Shown: in pieces, positions 8,232 through 14,388 of the stretch
Layout: every line of letters starts with the position of its first letter
Position numbering within the stretch: the stretch's first letter is position 1
Origin: a virus
Lineage: Duplodnaviria; Caudoviricetes
IMG/VR virus record: IMGVR_UViG_3300022844_000012
Span: 1-32,884 of that record
DNA length: 32,884 nt
Reading direction: 5' to 3' (one strand)
Position numbers and translations under genes: made by a program
Notes under the pieces: generated by a model
The model's database searches: none
Seen by the model: only the letters and a program-made list of their open reading frames with translations
What the model was told of the DNA's origin: nothing

Positions 8232-8271
8232 TTCAGTTCCTTTATAAGATTCAATTAACGCTAGGTGATAG
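8232..8271. repeat. 40-bp direct repeat, copy 2
   Basis: TTCAGTTCCTTTATAAGATTCAATTAAcgCTAGGTGATAG. Confidence 0.95.
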
Positions 8272-8296
8272 TATGTTGTAACATTAAATGTCGCAA
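8268..8296 (-). promoter_or_regulatory. sigma70-type leftward promoter
   Basis: TTGCGA-N17-TACTAT at the head of the leftward operon. Confidence 0.6.
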
Positions 8297-8316
8297 AGAC
8301 CGATTAGGAATAAGAA

Positions 8317-8517
8317 ATGAGTTTAATAGAATGGATGCAAGCCTATGGATATGGGGCTAGGGCGTACCTTGCCAAATCTCTAGACATTCAGCCAGTGACG
8401 ATAGATAGGTGGATGAAACGCCATGACCTAGAAATCTTTGTTGATATAGGATCTGAGCTAGACCAGGTTGAATTAGTCAGGGTCACTAAGATCAAACACC
8501 TAAAAGCTGTGCAGTAG
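8317..8517 (+). CDS. Cro-like HTH regulator
   Basis: 66 aa, ARAYLAKSLDIQPVTIDRW HTH, first gene of the divergent rightward operon. Confidence 0.7.
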   Translation: MSLIEWMQAYGYGARAYLAKSLDIQPVTIDRWMKRHDLEIFVDIGSELDQVELVRVTKIKHLKAVQ

Positions 8518-8601
8518 CATATTTAGCAACGGAATAAGTTGTGCAGCTCTTTTCGTCATTGAAAAACGTATAATCAATAACCCGTTATTAAACGAATGCA
8601 A

Positions 8602-8637
8602 TGTGACTAACTCTATGTTTTACCCCAGTTAGTCACA
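8602..8637. repeat. perfect 11-bp inverted repeat
   Basis: TGTGACTAACT-N14-AGTTAGTCACA. Confidence 0.85.
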
Positions 8638-8651
8638 CTCAAATTTCAGGC

Positions 8652-8766
8652 AATAAAAGGCCCACTGTAGACATTGCATCTAAGTAGGCCTAGTATCTAT
8701 TGCATGGCTGGAATTTGTCGTTCCAGTTGAAAGTTAGTTCCGGTAACAGATCAACCTTGCCTTTGA
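8652..8766 (-). ncRNA. candidate small antisense RNA (~115 nt)
   Basis: Minus-strand TTGAAG-N16-TACAAT promoter (8799-8772), CTGGAA/TTCCAG hairpin, terminal AGGCCTAC/GTGGGCCT stem followed by TTTTATT. Confidence 0.45.
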
Positions 8767-8871
8767 GCATGATTGTACCTTAAACCGTTTAACCTTCAAC
8801 CTTTTTCAGCTTGCAAAGTGGCGAATAATTGCGCGTCCAATGCAAAAAGTGATTTTATTTGTAGTACGGAT

Positions 8872-9065
8872 TAACACGCTAGGCATTTGAGACCGATGCC
8901 GATATTACAGAAAACGGGTTACGTGAAAGCAAACTATTCCCCTAAGAGTGGGGAGGGCCGGTGCGACCTACCGAATACAGGGTTCCGAATAATGTAGTGT
9001 GTTAGGCGAAAGAAGGCAGAGACCAACCTGTTAATATATTAGGGCTTTTACATAAGGTCTATATG
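8872..9065 (+). ncRNA. candidate multibranch structured RNA or leader
   Basis: Closing stem TAACACGCTA (8872-8881) / TAGTGTGTTA (8995-9004) encloses GGCAT/ATGCC, TCCCC/GGGGA and CGGT/ACCG hairpins. No ORF. Confidence 0.45.
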
Positions 9066-9102
9066 ACAACTATTGTCTGAATAACAGCAGCAAGAGGTTC
9101 AA

Positions 9103-9183
9103 ATGAAGCAGAAATTTATAGACCTAACGTTATCAACAGTCTTTTTATTATTCCTTATCGGTATTTATGGACTAGCATCATAA
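9103..9183 (+). CDS. 26-aa single-TM peptide
   Basis: GAGGT RBS, MKQKFIDLTLSTVFLLFLIGIYGLAS*. Confidence 0.5.
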   Translation: MKQKFIDLTLSTVFLLFLIGIYGLAS

Positions 9184-9218
9184 AATGATACAGTTCCTGT
9201 GACTTAAAGGAGTAAGAA

Positions 9219-9656
9219 ATGAGTGATACAGAAACTATGATAAAGGTAATGTCTGCTTATGTAGATGGGGACATGATCGAATGGAAGCCCCGTGGTAAGA
9301 ATCGCCCTTGGCAGGATATTATTGGTGGTTCACCTCGTTGGAATTGGGGCAAGAACGATTACAGGATCAAGCCAGAAGAGGCTGAGCATGTAAATATTGG
9401 CACAGACAAAAGGCTTTGGGCGCTGGAGCAACAAGTTAATAATTTGCAGTTGGCGCTACGAGAAGTCAGATTAAATCAAAATTCCAAATGGACAGGGACA
9501 ATGCTAAAGAAGCCCGAAGAAGTAATGATTGAGACTTGGGTTTATAAGCAAACTGGCGGCGTTCGCTTTTGCATTAGCGGAAGTAGGGCATCAAAAGAAT
9601 TAGAAGCAGACGCTAAAGATTTTTACTTATTGACGATTAAGTCCTCTAATGTTTGA
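9219..9656 (+). CDS. conserved phage hypothetical protein
   Basis: AAGGAG RBS. IKVMSAYVDG..IE...P.WNW...DYRIKP motif. Confidence 0.8.
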   Translation: MSDTETMIKVMSAYVDGDMIEWKPRGKNRPWQDIIGGSPRWNWGKNDYRIKPEEAEHVNIGTDKRLWALEQQVNNLQLALREVRLNQNSKWTGTMLKKPEEVMIETWVYKQTGGVRFCISGSRASKELEADAKDFYLLTIKSSNV

Positions 9657-10272
9657 TCAATTCTGGACTATATATCCAAAGAAAACGGGTCGTTTGGCAG
9701 CAGAAAAGAAGTTCAATGCTCTAAAGCCAGAGGTTCAAAAAGAGATCCTGAATCACCTGGCTATTCGAGTAGAGGCAGATAAAGGCTGGAAAGATGGCTT
9801 CATACCACTACCTGTAACATTCTTGAATCAGGGTAGATGGATGGATGAATATGAGAAGATAGAGCGGTTCAGACCTAAGATGGACGCGGTTAAGGTTGAG
9901 ATATGCCCTAACTGTAGAAGTCTAACCGCCTCTCAAATCCATCAAGACCAATGCGTTAAAGGGGCAGCACAAAACAGGATTTTACCTCCAGTGGTAGATA
10001 AGAAATACCGCTCAAATGAACAGAATCAGCGTTTTCATGCTATGTGCGGTGATATAACGACTCACTTGAAGGCTAAAGGCTCGAAAGTCTCTGCCTTGAT
10101 GGTGAAGGCATTGGTTAAAAAGCATTTTGGCCCGAATGTCACGATTGAGGTGGGCGGAATAACTGAAGAAGTTGTTAAGCCTTCAAGTAAATACACACCA
10201 AAGGAAATGACTGATCTAATGGATGAAATAACCGCTTGGGCCGCTACTGATTTAGAGTTGGTATTAAGATGA
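9649..10272 (+). CDS. fusion of a replication-protein C-terminal helical domain and a NinB-like domain
   Basis: FDQFWTIYPKK...PVTFLNQGRW.DE, then CPNC linker, then RSNEQNQRFHAMCGDI...SSKYTPKEMTDLMDEITAWAA. Confidence 0.75.
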   Translation: MFDQFWTIYPKKTGRLAAEKKFNALKPEVQKEILNHLAIRVEADKGWKDGFIPLPVTFLNQGRWMDEYEKIERFRPKMDAVKVEICPNCRSLTASQIHQDQCVKGAAQNRILPPVVDKKYRSNEQNQRFHAMCGDITTHLKAKGSKVSALMVKALVKKHFGPNVTIEVGGITEEVVKPSSKYTPKEMTDLMDEITAWAATDLELVLR

Positions 10273-10463
10273 GTCGAGGCAGATATACTGACACCAGGGC
10301 TTATTCATTCTTACCAGCTAGAGTTTTGATTATTGCTAAAGACGCAGCTAGAGCGGGGATTATTGCTAAGAAATTGGGACTACTGCAACGGCAATATATA
10401 TGGGAGACTGCTGATAGACCATTTTCGAGCGGCATGAAGATACATGATCGAGAATACTTATGA
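10269..10463 (+). CDS. hypothetical protein
   Basis: 64 aa, ATGA coupling. Confidence 0.55.
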   Translation: MSRGRYTDTRAYSFLPARVLIIAKDAARAGIIAKKLGLLQRQYIWETADRPFSSGMKIHDREYL

Positions 10464-10504
10464 ATTCCCTAACGGGATGCTCCAGCAGGTTAGTCCCCTG
10501 CATT

Positions 10505-10539
10505 ACCTCTCCCCTTCCCCAAGGGGTTGAGGTTTTTTT
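10505..10539 (+). terminator. intrinsic terminator
   Basis: ACCTC-CCCCTT/AAGGGG-GAGGT stem followed by a T run. Confidence 0.6.
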
Positions 10540-10555
10540 AACATAGGAGATAGTC

Positions 10556-10783
10556 ATGGATGATATGCGAAGGATCAACAAAGACGGTGTATTTCAGAAA
10601 ACAGAAATGGATAGAAACCGCATTGCCAGTGATGTAGAAGCATTTTTGGCAAAAGGTGGCTCTATAGAAGTAATCGAGCAAGGCGGAACATCTACTGTAG
10701 ACCATGTAACAAGCCAGTACATTTCATATGGTAAGCGTGGCGCAAAAGCATCGGGGAGGAATAAAAGTGGACGTTATTCATAG
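10556..10783 (+). CDS. small basic protein (SutA-like DVEAFLAKGG.IE motif)
   Basis: AGGAG RBS, IASDVEAFLAKGGSIEVI motif. Confidence 0.7.
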   Translation: MDDMRRINKDGVFQKTEMDRNRIASDVEAFLAKGGSIEVIEQGGTSTVDHVTSQYISYGKRGAKASGRNKSGRYS

Positions 10784-10925
10784 CCCACCACCTAATAACC
10801 TGGTTGAAACAGTCGATGGATATGTCCCTAAGTGTAAAGATTGGGTCAATCTATCAGATGGTGGGGCTTTGACTGACGAGCAGATAACTAGAAGAATCGA
10901 ATATTCAGAAAGGAATAAGAAGTGA
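10767..10925 (+). CDS. hypothetical protein
   Basis: GTG start after GGAGG, GTGA overlap with the next gene. Confidence 0.55.
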   Translation: MDVIHSPPPNNLVETVDGYVPKCKDWVNLSDGGALTDEQITRRIEYSERNKK

Positions 10926-11797
10926 CTAATCCATATTTTATAGACGAGCCAGCAGCAATCAGTTTCTCCGGCGGTAGGACATCGGCTTATATGCTTTACA
11001 AAATACTCGAAGCGCATGGCGGAAAGCTGCCTGACCACATCAAATGTTTGTTCAGTAACACTGGTAAGGAGCTTCCAGAAACCTTGGATTTCGTGCAGGC
11101 GTGTTCTGACAATTGGGGTGTTGAAATTGTTTGGCTTGAATTGGAAAGCATCCGGCGATTGACGGGCGGCAAGGTTAATAATGATATGGCGATCAGGGCT
11201 GACGAGTACGAAAGAAAATACAAGTTGGTTGATTACAACACAGCAAGCCGTGATGGACTGCCTTTCACCAGATTACTCATGGGCCTGCCTCAAATTCCTA
11301 ATGCTGTACAGAGAACTTGTACTGTAAATCTAAAGATCAGAGCGATGAAATGGTATCTGGAGTCCATCGGGTATGAGTCGCCGTGGGTTCAGTTTATTGG
11401 CATTCGTGCTGATGAGGAACGCAGGGCCAGAAAACTCCACGGCAAGATTAGCGAAGGACACGAGGCGGTTTGCCCGCTATGGGTCGATGGGATCACAAAG
11501 GAAGATGTTGGTGATTTCTGGCGGAAGCAAAATTTCGATTTGAAACTTCCAAACAACAATGGAACTACGGATTGGGGCAACTGTGATTTATGCCATCTTA
11601 AATCTAGGTCGAAAAGGCTCTCAATAATTCGAGAAAGACCAGACCTTGCAGACTGGTGGATACAAGCCGAGGGATTTAAAGGCCAGAGATTCCGCCCCGA
11701 CGAGCCAAGTTACGAACAGATGAAATTAATAGCGATAGATCAGGGTAACTTGTTCGAGTTTGACGATGAATCTATCCCATGTTTTTGTGGGGACTAG
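10922..11797 (+). CDS. PAPS-reductase-family (PP-loop) protein with Cys cluster
   Basis: SFSGGRTS, F.NTGKE.PETLDFV, RTCT..LKI, IGIRADE, GNCDLC and terminal CFCGD. Confidence 0.88.
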   Translation: MTNPYFIDEPAAISFSGGRTSAYMLYKILEAHGGKLPDHIKCLFSNTGKELPETLDFVQACSDNWGVEIVWLELESIRRLTGGKVNNDMAIRADEYERKYKLVDYNTASRDGLPFTRLLMGLPQIPNAVQRTCTVNLKIRAMKWYLESIGYESPWVQFIGIRADEERRARKLHGKISEGHEAVCPLWVDGITKEDVGDFWRKQNFDLKLPNNNGTTDWGNCDLCHLKSRSKRLSIIRERPDLADWWIQAEGFKGQRFRPDEPSYEQMKLIAIDQGNLFEFDDESIPCFCGD

Positions 11798-12223
11798 ATG
11801 AGAGGCAGAAAAGGCCCGAGGGATATAAACTCTAAAACTATCCCGCAATTACAAAATACTTTATGGCCGATATTCGCGCTATACATCAAAAAGAACCATT
11901 CGGTTGATGGTGTTCATTGTAAATGCTTCACCTGCGACAAGGCTCTAAAGATTGGGGATCGCGACTGCCAAGCGGGACACTGGATACCTAGAACCTATAG
12001 CCCTGTAAAGTATGAAGAAGATAATCTTAGGCCCCAATGTAGCCAATGCAATGAATTCTGGCATGGTAGGCCGGTAGAATTTGAGCGCAGGTTAAGATTA
12101 GAGATTGGGGATGAAAGGGTAGGCGAATTAAAAACACTGGCTACCCAATCGTGGAAATGGGATAGAAGTTGGCTAAAAGATCAAATAGCGTACTATAAAG
12201 AGCAGTTAAAGGATTATGAATGA
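11798..12223 (+). CDS. ninG: NinG/Rap-like endonuclease
   Basis: CFTC, QAGHWIPR, YEEDNLRPQCSQCN motifs. Confidence 0.85.
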   Translation: MRGRKGPRDINSKTIPQLQNTLWPIFALYIKKNHSVDGVHCKCFTCDKALKIGDRDCQAGHWIPRTYSPVKYEEDNLRPQCSQCNEFWHGRPVEFERRLRLEIGDERVGELKTLATQSWKWDRSWLKDQIAYYKEQLKDYE

Positions 12224-12444
12224 TGTGGAAAAACTTTACCCGTGAAGAATTTGCCTGTAAACACTGCGGCGCTAATGAAATTCAAGACATAACGATTGAT
12301 ATGGCGCAAGAGGTTAGGGATAAAGTCGGGTTTGCGTTACCCATATCGAGCGGGTATAGGTGTCCAGATCATCCAATCGAGAAAAGAAAGGCTAAACCTG
12401 GTACTCATTTTATTATGCAATACCTAGATAAAAAAGGGGCTTAA
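12220..12444 (+). pseudogene. C-terminally truncated peptidase M15A-type lysin
   Basis: KNFTREEFACKHCG and ISSGYRCPDHPIE..K.KPGTH match M15A. The downstream AxD and HxD zinc-ligand motifs are absent. Confidence 0.75.
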
Positions 12445-12450
12445 AGCCCC
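12430..12450 (-). terminator. intrinsic terminator of the leftward cassette
   Basis: GGGGCT-TTA-AGCCCC followed by T6 on the minus strand, directly after the last stop codon. Confidence 0.8.
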
Positions 12451-12623
12451 TATCTAACGCTACCGCTTGATTCCCGTAGATGCTTGCAAAATTCGTTCAC
12501 TTGCTCGATTGCCCATGTTGGAACGGTAACCCTGATCCGCACGATCCCGTTTTTCTCGCGTTGCCTAACCCTAAACTCGCGTTGATGCCTCGCGTTTTGT
12601 TCTGCCCTCGTTTCCTTTTTCAT
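12450..12623 (-). CDS. small basic protein, possible ribbon-helix-helix (57 aa, not in ORF track)
   Basis: MKKETRAEQNARHQREFRVRQREKNGIVRIRVTVPTWAIEQVNEFCKHLRESSGSVR*. Confidence 0.65.
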   Translation of the reverse strand: MKKETRAEQNARHQREFRVRQREKNGIVRIRVTVPTWAIEQVNEFCKHLRESSGSVR

Positions 12624-12815
12624 TCATTCACCCTTTTCTATATCATTGAGTATTTTTGCCCAAATTAACAAAACAGCATCATACCCCTCCAACAAAGCTT
12701 GGTGCTGCAAGCCAAACCAAGAATTAGGATCTTCTAACAATTCAAGGCTTTGTTTTAGTCGAAGAATACTTTTTTCTGTTTCTTGCTTGTTGATTGTCGC
12801 GCTAGATTTATACAT
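12624..12815 (-). CDS. hypothetical protein
   Basis: 63 aa, TAATG coupling to the upstream gene. Confidence 0.65.
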   Translation of the reverse strand: MYKSSATINKQETEKSILRLKQSLELLEDPNSWFGLQHQALLEGYDAVLLIWAKILNDIEKGE

Positions 12816-13126
12816 TACGCGGCACCTATATTCGTTTGAGATAATGCCGCTTTACATTCTTCGACTTGCTGCATGTAAGAGGCATACTTCCCGACTTCAG
12901 GAATATCCGCGTATGAGTACCACCATTTACCGTCCGGCTGTTTCGTGGCACTGCCCAGGACACCATGAGCATTAATCAACCCTACTTTCTCTTTTCTCAT
13001 ATTCATTATGGTTACTGATTTTTTATTACGCTTGGCATACCCTGAGCACGTACCTCCACTCTCAAAGAGACTATCGACGAACTCGCTATCAGATTCTGCA
13101 AACTTATTGCCATTTAAAATAATCAT
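12815..13126 (-). CDS. hypothetical protein
   Basis: 103 aa, AAGGGG RBS. Confidence 0.75.
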   Translation of the reverse strand: MIILNGNKFAESDSEFVDSLFESGGTCSGYAKRNKKSVTIMNMRKEKVGLINAHGVLGSATKQPDGKWWYSYADIPEVGKYASYMQQVEECKAALSQTNIGAA

Positions 13127-13194
13127 TTATTACCCCTTAAACAGTTAATTAGTTGGTCTCGCGTGTATCGTTTGCCGTGATATAGGTAGGTCAT
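13123..13194 (-). CDS. 23-aa mini-ORF
   Basis: MTYLYHGKRYTRDQLINCLRGNK*. AAGGAG RBS, ATGA overlaps at both ends. Confidence 0.4.
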   Translation of the reverse strand: MTYLYHGKRYTRDQLINCLRGNK

Positions 13195-13481
13195 TTGTTC
13201 AACTCCTTTCCTGTTTCAATGCCTGAAATAAAGTGTTTTACAGCGTGGTAGCACTCTTTTTTTGTGCCATATTCCATAGATATTGGATCACCTTGTGCAG
13301 TACAGCCAACATCCCGCGACATTCTAGACAACTTCACGCCTCCATAGGCCCAGTCGAGTAGGTAGCATCCTGCATTCGGTTGATAACGGCCGTCTACCAT
13401 TGAATAGGGGACTACCGGCATCCCAGTGATTTGGTTGAGCAAAGTAACGCGGTTTTCTAGGTCTGATTTTGATACTTTCAT
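13191..13481 (-). CDS. conserved phage early hypothetical protein
   Basis: AAGGA RBS, Y.LDWAYGGVKL motif. Confidence 0.75.
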   Translation of the reverse strand: MKVSKSDLENRVTLLNQITGMPVVPYSMVDGRYQPNAGCYLLDWAYGGVKLSRMSRDVGCTAQGDPISMEYGTKKECYHAVKHFISGIETGKELNK

Positions 13482-13513
13482 TTTATATTCCTTTAAACAG
13501 TGAATGTGTATCT

Positions 13514-13541
13514 ATATTAGCACCCTTATCCCATAAGGCAA
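13514..13541 (-). promoter_or_regulatory. sigma70-type promoter of the leftward cassette
   Basis: TTGCCT-N16-TAATAT with extended -10 TG. Confidence 0.65.
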
Positions 13542-13785
13542 GCTAAGAAGCCCATATATGGCGCTCTCCTTAGACCGTGTGATTATGTTAAAGTCCTGTT
13601 ATCAGTGGTTTAGGTTATATGGGTGTAATAACTGCTGAATTTGCCTCTATTACTCGACGATTTGGAATATATCACCATGTATATCTCAGTGGATAACCTT
13701 GTATAACTCGATGGAATATGAATGAGCTTCTTCATAACCAGGTGGAATAAGCTATACCGTTATGATCTAAACAGTAGGTTAGTAA

Positions 13786-13837
13786 GGGCTAGGGGGGTGG
13801 GTGAAGGAGGAAGGGGGGGTGGTGTTGTGGGGTAGGG
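13786..13837 (+). other. G-rich tract (six runs of 3 or more G)
   Basis: GGGCTAGGGGGGTGGGTGAAGGAGGAAGGGGGGGTGGTGTTGTGGGGTAGGG. Confidence 0.8.
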
Positions 13838-13940
13838 AAGCAATTCCTCGTAAATCGTTTTTGAAACCAATTCACCGTAACCCATTCTCAAACCAAAAAA
13901 ACAGATCCTGAGATCACTTCGTTTGAATACATTTCTTGTG

Positions 13941-14127
13941 GCCGTAGTAACCCTTTTACTTCGAACAGTAAAATTAGGTTTCTATGGCGGTTACCTGGAT
14001 AGGTTGCTGACTTATCCGAATAGCTAGTCTCTGATATGCCCTGTTTCCTCAGTCATATCCGCTCTGTCAAGTAGGGTCAACTTCGTCTCTGTGTTTAGTT
14101 TATTCACAGCCTTGAGCGAGTCAGCAA
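13941..14127 (-). ncRNA. candidate structured RNA (~190 nt)
   Basis: Perfect 9-bp closing stem (14004-14012 / 14119-14127), internal CTGTG/CACAG and GATATG/CATATC stems, long hairpin 13941-13988, minus-strand TAGAAT at 14137-14132. Confidence 0.5.
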
Positions 14128-14178
14128 GGTTATTCTACCTAATGACCTTCCTGATCAACAATTCGTTACAAGAATACT

Positions 14179-14206
14179 TTGCATAACTTTTGGTTATAGA
14201 TATGAT
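14179..14206 (+). promoter_or_regulatory. candidate promoter of the packaging operon
   Basis: TTGCAT-N16-TATGAT. Confidence 0.5.
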
Positions 14207-14235
14207 GTAAGTGTCCACTAACCACGGGGGATGAT

Positions 14236-14388
14236 ATGAAGGTTATGTATGCAGGTAAATTACACAAAGCAGAAGTGATTTTTAAGGATTCAAAGCCTTA
14301 CTTGATCTTGGGTGAAATAAACGTGATCATTCCTCTTTTGGAGTGTGCTGTTGAGACTAGATTATCCTGTCAACTGGAAGCCGCGTGA
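14236..14388 (+). CDS. 50-aa hypothetical protein (not in ORF track)
   Basis: GGGGG RBS, MKVMYAGKLHKAEVIFKDSKPYLILGE..., overlaps the terL start. Confidence 0.5.
   Translation: MKVMYAGKLHKAEVIFKDSKPYLILGEINVIIPLLECAVETRLSCQLEAA

Noticed and set aside
7528-8271. 40-bp repeats as a CRISPR mini-array or att sites
   Set aside because: Only two copies 704 bp apart, containing an RBS, with no cas or integrase gene.
14030-14060. CTGAGGA on the minus strand as a hammerhead ribozyme core
   Set aside because: No properly placed stem II, GAAA and cleavage triplet could be built.
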